Part shown: positions 11,529 to 21,024 of the stretch, piece after piece
How the letters are laid out: each line of letters opens with the position of its first letter
How positions within the stretch are numbered: the first letter of the stretch is position 1
Assembly (NCBI RefSeq): GCF_963975635.1
Contig: NZ_CAXBIE010000014.1
Strand: one strand, 5' to 3'
Source of the DNA: an uncultured Hoeflea sp.
GTDB lineage: Bacteria > Pseudomonadota > Alphaproteobacteria > Rhizobiales > Rhizobiaceae
DNA: 64,000 nucleotides
The notes under the pieces: generated by a model
Seen by the model: only the letters and a program-made list of their open reading frames with translations
What the model was told of the DNA's origin: nothing
The model's database searches: none
Translations under genes and position numbers: made by a program

Positions 11529-12266
11529 ATGATTGGTATCGAAGGCAAAGTCATCGCAATTACAGGGGCAAGCAGCGGAATTGGCGAGGCCACGGCTCTG
11601 CATCTGGCAGAACGGGGAGCCATCCTCGTCTTGGGTGCGCGACGTGCCGACAGGCTTGCGGCACTCTCGGAGGCTATCGTGACGAAGGGTGGGATCGCAT
11701 CTTATGTCGTCACCGATGTCACGCGTCGTGAGGACGTTGAGGGACTTGTGGCACTCGCGATCGAAAAATATGGAAAGCTGGATGTTCTGGTGAGCAATGC
11801 CGGCATAGCCCCCATCTCCCCGTTGGACGACCTGAGGGTCGAAGACTGGGAGGCCATGATCGACGTCAACGTAAAGGGGGTGCTCTATGGTATTGCCGCC
11901 GCTTTGCCGCGATTTCGTCGTCAGGGCTTCGGCCACTTCGTCAACACACTATCGACCGCTGGCATAAAGATCGTTCCGATGATGGCTGTCTACGCAGGGT
12001 CAAAGAACGCCGTGAGGACGATTACCGAAGCCCTTCGTCAGGAGGCTGGACCATTGCTGCGGGTAACCGGTATTTCGCCTGGTTATGTCGAAACCGAACT
12101 CCCATCTTCGATGACCGATCCGGCGATGCGAGCGCAGGGAGAAGCAGCCATGAAGGCCATGGCGATCCCTGCATCAGCCATAGCGGAAGCTATCGCGTTC
12201 GCAATTGGCCAGCCGTCGAATGTTGATGTCGGAGAGATCGTGCTGCGACCCACGGCGCAGGGATAA
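11529..12266 (+). CDS. short-chain dehydrogenase/reductase (YdfG-like subgroup)
   Basis: TGASSGIG, SNAG, catalytic YAGSK; start MIGIEGK chosen (ORF track starts 11460). Confidence 0.92.
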   Translation: MIGIEGKVIAITGASSGIGEATALHLAERGAILVLGARRADRLAALSEAIVTKGGIASYVVTDVTRREDVEGLVALAIEKYGKLDVLVSNAGIAPISPLDDLRVEDWEAMIDVNVKGVLYGIAAALPRFRRQGFGHFVNTLSTAGIKIVPMMAVYAGSKNAVRTITEALRQEAGPLLRVTGISPGYVETELPSSMTDPAMRAQGEAAMKAMAIPASAIAEAIAFAIGQPSNVDVGEIVLRPTAQG

Positions 12267-12428
12267 GTGGAGGAAACGCCATTCGGGTGATGGCCGGTAT
12301 TACTGCAAATTGGCGCTTGTGAAACGTTCGAATACCCGCACCAAATGACCGCTCTCCGCACAAACTCGACCCAGAGCCGCGATCAGGTCCTGTCTGAAGA
12401 CCATAGCCAGGTATCCAATTCCACAAAC

Positions 12429-12463
12429 AAAAAAGCATGGCAGATTTCTCCGCCATGCCTTTT
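12429..12463. terminator. bidirectional intrinsic terminator
   Basis: A-run, GCATGGC...GCCATGC stem, T-run between convergent SDR and hydrolase genes. Confidence 0.7.
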
Positions 12464-12486
12464 GCAGTCTGTGCTGTTGTTGCGCC

Positions 12487-13164
12487 CTAACGCAGGCGCT
12501 TGGCAGCCGTTTCGGGAACCAGTTCGCCGGCGAGGCGGCGGTCGAGATAGTCCTCGCACTCAGCCATCAGCTCATCGACCTGGCCGGTGAAGAAGTGGTT
12601 GGCGCCGGGCATGGTCTTCTGGGTGATCAGAATGCCCTTCTGCAGCTTGAGCTTTTCGACCAGCCCGTTGACGTCCTTTTCGGGCGCCACCTTGTCGGCA
12701 TCGCCGTGAATGATCAGGCCGGAGGACGGGCAGGGCGCCAGGAACGAGAAGTCATAGGTGTTGGGCTGCGGCGCGATCGAGAAGAAACCTTCGATTTCCG
12801 GACGGCGCATCAACAGCTGCATGCCGATCCAGGCGCCAAAGGAATAACCGGCCACCCAGCAGCTTTTTGAATCGGGATGCAGGCTCTGGACCCAGTCCAG
12901 CGCGCCGGCTGCATCGGAGAGTTCTCCGGCGCCGTGGTCGAAATCGCCCTGGCTGCGGCCAATGGAGCGGAAATTGAACCGGAGCGTGGTGAAGCCGCGC
13001 TGCTGGAACATGTAAAAAAGATTGTAGACGATCTGGTTGTTCATAGTGCCGCCGAACTGCGGGTGCGGGTGCAATATGATGGCGATCGGGGCGTTCTTTT
13101 CCTTGCCCGGCTGGTAACGGCCTTCGAGGCGACCGGCGGGTCCGTTGAAAATCACTTCAGGCAT
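12487..13164 (-). CDS. alpha/beta hydrolase typically adjacent to Rhizobiales suf clusters
   Basis: HPHPQFGGTMNN, nucleophile motif GYSFGA, GANHFF; start MPEVIFNG. Confidence 0.9.
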   Translation of the reverse strand: MPEVIFNGPAGRLEGRYQPGKEKNAPIAIILHPHPQFGGTMNNQIVYNLFYMFQQRGFTTLRFNFRSIGRSQGDFDHGAGELSDAAGALDWVQSLHPDSKSCWVAGYSFGAWIGMQLLMRRPEIEGFFSIAPQPNTYDFSFLAPCPSSGLIIHGDADKVAPEKDVNGLVEKLKLQKGILITQKTMPGANHFFTGQVDELMAECEDYLDRRLAGELVPETAAKRLR

Positions 13165-13251
13165 TGTTACTCCATACATGGGCTGGGTTCGCGAGGGCCT
13201 GCTGTCGGGTTTTGGTGAACCTGGCGGGCGGGTGGATATCGCCTCCGCACC

Positions 13252-13302
13252 CTTGACTGGGGCCGGGCGGCTCCCTAGAACCTAGTTTAGAATCGTTCGA
13301 AA
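13252..13302 (+). promoter_or_regulatory. suf promoter with ICE (Irr-binding) box
   Basis: CTTGAC-N17-CTAGAA (13252-13280) followed by TTTAGAA-TCG-TTCGAAA (13286-13302), one mismatch from TTTAGAA-N3-TTCTAAA. Confidence 0.8.
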
Positions 13303-13410
13303 CTGCAGCGTGATCGCTGAAAGTTTGTGTGTCTTACGGCATCGGACACTGAAAATTCAAGAAAAATGCGTTCGCCATATCGGCAAACGGCATCCGCAGG
13401 CACGAAAACA

Positions 13411-14583
13411 ATGGCCAATGGGCGTCTCTATTTCGATTACAACGCGACTGCGCCGCTGCTGCCGGCAGCGCAGAGTGCGATGGTCGATGCGATGGCGCTG
13501 CCCGGCAACCCGTCCTCGGTGCATGCGGAAGGCCGCAGGTCCCGGGCCGTGGTGAGCAAGGCGCGGGAATCGGTTGCGCGGCTTTGTGGTGTTCCCGCTG
13601 CGCAGATCGTCTTTTGCTCCGGCGCAACCGAAGCCGCCAATCATGTGCTGACGCCGGATTTCCGGATGGGCCGTTCACCGGTGCGGGTATCGCGTTTGTT
13701 TGTCTCAGCGGTTGAACACCCGGCGATCCTGGAGGGCGGACGGTTTTCCGCCGGGCAGATCACCGTGCTGCCGGTGGACAGTGATGGCCGGCTTGATCTT
13801 ACGGCGCTTGCCGAGGCGCTGGCCGGGCATGACCAGGCAAGCGGCCAGGCGATGCTCGGGCTGCAGCTGGCCAACAATGAAACAGGCGTGATCCAGCCGG
13901 TCCGGACAGCATCTGACATTGTCAAAGCCCATCATGGCCTTGTGGTTGTTGATGCCGTTCAGGGCGCGGGCCGCTTGACCTTGTCGCTTGAGGAATTCGG
14001 CGCGGATTTCATGATCGTGTCCGGCCACAAGATCGGCGGACCGAAGGGCATTGGAGCCCTTGTCTGCGCCGGTGAAATCCTGATGCCGGTGCCGCTTGTG
14101 CGCGGTGGAGGCCAGGAAAAGGGCCATCGTGGCGGAACCGAGAACCTCGTGTGCATCGCCGGCTTTGGAGCCGCGGCAGAGATTGCGCGCGAAGCCTTGA
14201 GCGATGCAAAACATATTGAAGGTTTGCGTGACCGCCTTGAAGCGGGAATGCGTGATCTGGCATCTGATGTTATCGTGCATGGTGACTCGGTCGACAGGCT
14301 CGCCAACACCAGCTTCTTCTCGCTTCCCGGCCTGAAAGCGGAAACGGCGCAGATTGCCTTTGATGTGGAAGGCGTGGCGGTGTCTGCCGGTGCTGCCTGC
14401 TCGTCGGGGAAAATCGGTCAGAGTCATGTTCTGTCCGCCATGGGAGCAGATGCTGCCTTGGGCGCAATCCGGGTCAGCCTGGGGCGCGAGCACACACAAA
14501 ATGACGTTGAGCGGTTCCTTCAGGCGTTTAATGTGATTAATACCCGGCGTCTGGCTCGCAATAAGGCCGCAGTGGCCGCTTGA
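13411..14583 (+). CDS. group I (NifS/IscS-like) cysteine desulfurase
   Basis: YFDYNATAP, ANNETG, SGHKIGGPKG, RGGTEN, SAGAACSSG; start MANGRLY (ORF track starts 13327). Confidence 0.93.
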   Translation: MANGRLYFDYNATAPLLPAAQSAMVDAMALPGNPSSVHAEGRRSRAVVSKARESVARLCGVPAAQIVFCSGATEAANHVLTPDFRMGRSPVRVSRLFVSAVEHPAILEGGRFSAGQITVLPVDSDGRLDLTALAEALAGHDQASGQAMLGLQLANNETGVIQPVRTASDIVKAHHGLVVVDAVQGAGRLTLSLEEFGADFMIVSGHKIGGPKGIGALVCAGEILMPVPLVRGGGQEKGHRGGTENLVCIAGFGAAAEIAREALSDAKHIEGLRDRLEAGMRDLASDVIVHGDSVDRLANTSFFSLPGLKAETAQIAFDVEGVAVSAGAACSSGKIGQSHVLSAMGADAALGAIRVSLGREHTQNDVERFLQAFNVINTRRLARNKAAVAA

Positions 14584-14737
14584 GACGACGACAGGAATTT
14601 GCTTTCGCGAGACACGAATTTTCGCGAATGACATAGCAGGGACAGGTGTCCCACCCTACATAGTGATGAGCCATGACCGGCTCATCACAAGACGTTAACA
14701 AGCCACCGGCCTTGACCCGGCGAGATTGGAGAGCGCC

Positions 14738-16207
<1,470 letters not shown>

Positions 16208-16257
16208 GAAAACGAGTGGCGGCTGGACGTCAGTCCAGCGCTCCTCATCAAGGGAGC

Positions 16258-16431
16258 ATGACCGTGAACATCGATGCAACAGCTATCGCCTGGTACGCCA
16301 TTATCTGTGGCGTCCTGTCAGCACTGGCGCCGAGTTTCGGCGGACGGCTGGTGCGGGTGCTGATTGGTGGAGTGGTCGGCATCATTGCCGCCACAGTGCT
16401 TCCGGTGCTCCGGGGATTGATAGGGCTTTGA
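16258..16431 (+). CDS. small two-TM hypothetical protein (57 aa) between sufB and sufC
   Basis: RBS AGGGAG before ATG 16258; two hydrophobic segments; same strand as operon. Confidence 0.7.
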   Translation: MTVNIDATAIAWYAIICGVLSALAPSFGGRLVRVLIGGVVGIIAATVLPVLRGLIGL

Positions 16432-16487
16432 AACGATCGGCCTGATCGCACAAACACACATTTGAATACGAGTTGGGAAACTACACC

Positions 16488-17243
16488 ATGTTGGAAATCA
16501 AGAACCTTCACGCCCGCATCGCCGAAGACGGCACGGAAATCATTCGCGGCCTCAACCTGACGGTCAAGGCCGGCGAAGTTGCTGCCATCATGGGGCCGAA
16601 CGGCTCGGGCAAATCGACCCTGTCCTATATTCTGGCCGGGCGCAGCGACTACGAAGTCACCGAGGGTGACATCCTTTACAACGGCGAGAGCATTCTCAAT
16701 CTGGATCCGTCCGAGCGGGCCGCCAAGGGCATCTTCCTGGCCTTCCAGTATCCGGTGGAAATTCCGGGCGTTGCGACCATGCAGTTCCTCAAGGTTGCGA
16801 TGAACGAGCAGCGCAAGGCGCGCGGCGAGGAAGAGCTCAAGACCCCGGACTTCATCAAGCTGGTGAAGGAAGCGGCTGCCAGCCTGCAGATCAATCCGGA
16901 CATGCTCAAGCGTCCGCTCAATGTCGGCTTCTCGGGTGGCGAAAAGAAGCGCGCCGAAATCCTGCAGATGAAACTGCTGGCGCCGCAGCTCTGCGTGCTC
17001 GACGAGACCGACTCCGGCCTCGACATTGATGCGTTGAAGATCGTTTCCGACGGCGTCAACGCGCTCAGATCGCCGGACCGTGCGGTCATCGTCATCACCC
17101 ACTATCAGCGCCTGCTCGAGCACATCGTGCCCGACACCGTTCACGTGCTCTACAAGGGCCAGGTGATCAAGACCGGTGACAAGGATCTGGCGCTTGATCT
17201 CGAAGCCAATGGCTACGCCGGGATCATCGAAGCCGCCGCTTGA
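16488..17243 (+). CDS. sufC: Fe-S cluster assembly ATPase SufC
   Basis: MLEIKNL, GPNGSGKST, FSGGEKKR, LDETDSGLDIDAL, ITHYQRLL. Confidence 0.97.
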   Translation: MLEIKNLHARIAEDGTEIIRGLNLTVKAGEVAAIMGPNGSGKSTLSYILAGRSDYEVTEGDILYNGESILNLDPSERAAKGIFLAFQYPVEIPGVATMQFLKVAMNEQRKARGEEELKTPDFIKLVKEAAASLQINPDMLKRPLNVGFSGGEKKRAEILQMKLLAPQLCVLDETDSGLDIDALKIVSDGVNALRSPDRAVIVITHYQRLLEHIVPDTVHVLYKGQVIKTGDKDLALDLEANGYAGIIEAAA

Positions 17244-17286
17244 GGCGACGCGGAACAGACGGGCCGCAAGGCCAGGAGAGACAGGC

Positions 17287-18558
17287 ATGAACATGCAGAC
17301 AAAGCCGCCACATACCGCTGCGGAAAAATCCATCCTCGACAGTTTCGCCGAAATGATAGGGCAATTGCCCGGCGATGGTCCGGTAACCGCTGCGCGCGAC
17401 AGGCTGCTCAGCCTCATCAGCGATGCGGGGCTTCCGACCCGGCGCATCGAAAGCTGGCATTACACGGATTTGCGCAACCTGATGCGGGACGTGCCCAAGG
17501 CCGGTGGTGGATCGGCAAGACAGGTTGATCCGCTGGTGCGCAACAGCATTCTGCTTCCCGTCATTCAGGGCCGGAGTTCCGACCTGAGCGGGCTTGAGGG
17601 CATCCAGCTTGAACCTTTCATGGATCTTCTGGCCTCCGGATCTGCCGTGAAAGGTCTGGTCGAGCGGGGCTCTGATGATCTGATCGGGCAGCTCAACGGC
17701 GCCTTCGTTGGCGACGGCTACAGTTTTTCCGTTGCTGCCGATCAGCTGGTCGAAGAGATTATCGAGGTCCAGTCGGTGCAGTCCGGTGGACAGGTGCACA
17801 ACCGTTTTGTTGCCGCCTTTGGCGCCAATGCCAAGGCGACCGTGCTGGAGCGCCATCTTGGCGACACCGCCGAGGCGGGGCTGTCGACTGCCGTCTCGTC
17901 GCTTGAACTGGCCGACGGTGCAAAGGTGACGTGGATCATCTTGCAGGGCTGTGGCGAAGCTGACCAGCATCTGGGGCAACTCAGCGCCCGGCTCGGCGCC
18001 GGCGCCACGCTGAAGGTCTATGTGATCAATGCCGGCGGCAAACTGGTGCGGCAGGAGCTGCATGTCGATGTGGCGGGCGAGGGCGCGCATTTCGATTTGC
18101 GAAGCGTCAATCTGCTGGCCGGCGACAGCCATACGGATGTCACACTGACGCTGGGTCACAATGTACCCAACACCACGTCGTCCGAGATCGTTCGCAATGT
18201 GGTTCTGAACCGTGCCCGCGGCGTGTTCCAGGGCCAGATCCGGGTGGCGCAGGTGGCGCAGAAAACCGATGCCCAGATGGCCTGCAATACGTTGCTGCTG
18301 TCTGATGACGGCGAGTTTTCCGCCAAGCCGGAACTCGAGATCTTTGCCGATGACGTGATCTGCGCGCATGGTGCCACGGTGATCGATATCGACCACAATC
18401 ACCTGTTCTACCTGATGGCGCGCGGCATCAGCGAGAAATCGGCCCGGGGTCTGCTGGTCAACGGATTTGTCGACGAGCTGATTGATGAACTCGAGAACGA
18501 GGAGCTGGTCGAGGCGCTCGAAGCGCTTATCGAACAGTGGCTTATAAGTCATGGCTAA
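17287..18558 (+). CDS. sufD: Fe-S cluster assembly protein SufD
   Basis: ESWHYTDL, VFQGQI, KPELEIFADDVICAHGAT, LFYLMARGI. Confidence 0.95.
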   Translation: MNMQTKPPHTAAEKSILDSFAEMIGQLPGDGPVTAARDRLLSLISDAGLPTRRIESWHYTDLRNLMRDVPKAGGGSARQVDPLVRNSILLPVIQGRSSDLSGLEGIQLEPFMDLLASGSAVKGLVERGSDDLIGQLNGAFVGDGYSFSVAADQLVEEIIEVQSVQSGGQVHNRFVAAFGANAKATVLERHLGDTAEAGLSTAVSSLELADGAKVTWIILQGCGEADQHLGQLSARLGAGATLKVYVINAGGKLVRQELHVDVAGEGAHFDLRSVNLLAGDSHTDVTLTLGHNVPNTTSSEIVRNVVLNRARGVFQGQIRVAQVAQKTDAQMACNTLLLSDDGEFSAKPELEIFADDVICAHGATVIDIDHNHLFYLMARGISEKSARGLLVNGFVDELIDELENEELVEALEALIEQWLISHG

Positions 18559-19789
18559 TTCAATGGATCAAGTCTACGATGTCGAGGCGGTGCGCAGGGA
18601 TTTCCCGATCCTGTCGCGCACGGTCTACGACAAGCCGCTGGTTTATCTCGACAATGGCGCTTCGGCCCAGAAACCGCAGGCTGTGATCGACGCAATCTCC
18701 CACGCCTATTCGAACGAATATGCCAATGTGCACCGGGGGCTGCATTTCCTGTCGAATGCCGCCACCGATGCCTATGAGAACGCCCGCGAGATCGTGAAGC
18801 GGTTTCTCAATGCGCCGACGGTCGACAATGTGGTGTTCACAAAGTCCACCACCGAGGCGATCAACACCGTCGCCTATGGCTATGGCATGCCGCATATCGA
18901 GGATGGCGACGAGATCGTCATCACCATCATGGAACACCACTCCAACATCGTGCCCTGGCATTTTCTGCGTGAGCGGCAGGGGGCGAAGATTGTCTGGGTT
19001 GGTGTCGACGACCAGGGCAATTTCAATCTCGATGATTTCCGCAATTCTCTGACTGACCGCACGAAGCTGGTGGCGATCACCCACATGTCCAATGTGCTTG
19101 GCACTGTGGTCGACGTGAAGGAAGTTTGCCGCATCGCCCATGAGCGTGGCGTCAAGGTTCTCATCGATGGCAGCCAGTCGGCCGTGCACATGCCGGTGGA
19201 TGTTCAGGACATCGATTGCGACTGGTACGTGATGACTGGCCACAAGCTCTACGGTCCTTCGGGCATCGGCGTGCTCTACGGCAAGACCGAGGCGCTGAAG
19301 TCAATGCAACCCTTCATGGGTGGTGGCGAGATGATCGTCGATGTCAGCGAAGACGCGGTCACCTACAATGATCCGCCGCATCGCTTTGAGGCAGGGACCC
19401 CGCCAATCGTCCAGGCGATCGGACTGGGTGCGGCGCTTGAATACATTGAAAAACTGGGCCGCGACCAGATCGCCGCGCATGAAGCTGATCTGACGGCCTA
19501 TGCGCAGGAGAAGCTCTCCGCCGTCAATGCGCTGCGTCTGATCGGCACTGCACCGGGCAAGGGCGCGATCTTCGCCTTTGAAATCGAGGGCGTTCACGCG
19601 CATGATATCTCGATGCTGATCGACCGCTCCGGCGTGGCGGTGAGGGCAGGCACGCATTGCGCCCAGCCCCTGCTCAAGCGGTTTGGCGCAACATCCACTT
19701 GCCGGGCCTCGATGGGGCTCTACAATACTCGTGCGGAGATTGATGTGCTGGTTGAGGCACTCGACAAGGCGCGGGCCTTCTTTTCCTGA
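18551..19789 (+). CDS. sufS: group II cysteine desulfurase SufS
   Basis: YLDNGASAQKP, TGHKLYGP, FEAGTP, RAGTHCAQP. Confidence 0.96.
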   Translation: MANSMDQVYDVEAVRRDFPILSRTVYDKPLVYLDNGASAQKPQAVIDAISHAYSNEYANVHRGLHFLSNAATDAYENAREIVKRFLNAPTVDNVVFTKSTTEAINTVAYGYGMPHIEDGDEIVITIMEHHSNIVPWHFLRERQGAKIVWVGVDDQGNFNLDDFRNSLTDRTKLVAITHMSNVLGTVVDVKEVCRIAHERGVKVLIDGSQSAVHMPVDVQDIDCDWYVMTGHKLYGPSGIGVLYGKTEALKSMQPFMGGGEMIVDVSEDAVTYNDPPHRFEAGTPPIVQAIGLGAALEYIEKLGRDQIAAHEADLTAYAQEKLSAVNALRLIGTAPGKGAIFAFEIEGVHAHDISMLIDRSGVAVRAGTHCAQPLLKRFGATSTCRASMGLYNTRAEIDVLVEALDKARAFFS

Positions 19790-19802
19790 TGGAGCAAAGC
19801 CT

Positions 19803-20183
19803 ATGAGCGACGCACCCGAAACTGACAATGCCGAACCGAATGTTGCGGTTGTCACCTCCGCGATTCCGCGGGACGAACTGGCGCGGCTGAGCGACGACAT
19901 CATCGCGGCCCTGAAAACGGTTTATGATCCCGAGATTCCGTCCGACATCTACGAGCTTGGCCTGATCTACAAGATCGACATCGAGGATGACCGCATGGTC
20001 AAGATCGCCATGACATTGACCGCACCGGGCTGCCCTGTGGCCGGTGAAATGCCGGGCTGGGTCGAGAACGCGGTTGGTGCGGTTGAAGGCATCTCCGGGG
20101 TCGATGTGTCGATGACCTTCGACCCGCCCTGGACGCCGGACCGGATGAGCGAAGAAGCGCAAGTGGCCGTCGGCTGGTACTGA
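19803..20183 (+). CDS. sufT: SUF system Fe-S assembly protein (DUF59/SufT)
   Basis: YDPEIPSDIYELGLIY, MTLTAPGCP, FDPPWTPDRMSEEA. Confidence 0.92.
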   Translation: MSDAPETDNAEPNVAVVTSAIPRDELARLSDDIIAALKTVYDPEIPSDIYELGLIYKIDIEDDRMVKIAMTLTAPGCPVAGEMPGWVENAVGAVEGISGVDVSMTFDPPWTPDRMSEEAQVAVGWY

Positions 20184-20291
20184 TCATCCGAAGCTGCTGC
20201 CGGTTACGCGACTTGTTAACCTGATAAACCCACACTACATTCAATGTATGAAGCAGCGGGCCTTGAACCCGTGTTGCCGAAGGAGACTGTA

Positions 20292-20681
20292 ATGGGCTTT
20301 GCCGTAATGACTTTGACCCCGGCTGCCGCCGAGCGGGTCAAGACAATCGTCAAGACCGCCGATGGTGCTGAGGGCATTCGCGTCAGCATCAAGAAGGGCG
20401 GCTGCGCCGGGATGGAATATGCCATCGACATGGCCACCGAGGTCAATCCGAAGGATGACCGGATCGAGCGCGATGGTGCGACCGTCTTCGTTGCCCCGGA
20501 AGCAGTGCTCTATCTGCTCGGAACCGAAATGGATTTCGAAGTCACCAAGCTGCGCTCGGGGTTCGTGTTCAACAATCCGAATCAGACATCGGCCTGCGGC
20601 TGTGGTGAATCGGTCGAGCTGAAGCCCGCCGATCTGGCCCGGCTGGCGGAAGCCGGCAACCCGGTGGTGCGCGCCGATTGA
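20292..20681 (+). CDS. sufA: A-type Fe-S carrier SufA
   Basis: KGGCAGMEY, FNNPNQTSACGCGES. Confidence 0.93.
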   Translation: MGFAVMTLTPAAAERVKTIVKTADGAEGIRVSIKKGGCAGMEYAIDMATEVNPKDDRIERDGATVFVAPEAVLYLLGTEMDFEVTKLRSGFVFNNPNQTSACGCGESVELKPADLARLAEAGNPVVRAD

Positions 20682-20828
20682 TCCGGTCAACACCTCCGTC
20701 AGGTTGAGTTAAGACCTTCGCAGGTTGAGTCTTGAAGTGCCCGCAAGTCTTTGGCTTTGCGAGCATTTTTGTGTCTTTGTGGTATGCTGCGGACATGGCG
20801 GAATTGGATTTTGACGAGATGTTCCGTC

Positions 20829-20968
20829 ACCGTCATGCCGGACTTGATCCGGCATCCAGCGGGCGAGCGTCCGCGAGCCGGAAAATCAAATCTGTTCGAC
20901 AAATGATAGAGTCTCTCACCGCGCCGACGCGCGGTGGCTGGACCCCGGATCAAGTCCGGGGTGACGGT
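20829..20968. repeat. REP-doublet/MITE-like element with about 30-bp palindromic inverted arms
   Basis: Left arm CGTCATGCCGGACTTGATCCGGCATCCAGC (20831-20860); right arm (20937-20966) is its reverse complement with 4 mismatches. Confidence 0.85.
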
Positions 20969-21024
20969 AAGGGGAGTCTGTCAGACGTCCGCAAAATCAT
21001 GCCTTGGTTCGAAGATGAAGCACC

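Noticed and set aside
14662-14688. 10-bp perfect inverted repeat GTGATGAGCC/GGCTCATCAC before sufB
   Set aside because: No U-tract or known operator match; most simply an mRNA-stabilising or processing stem.
20700-20730. Direct repeat CAGGTTGAGT x2 after sufA
   Set aside because: Only two 10-bp copies; too short to support CRISPR, iteron or operator calls.
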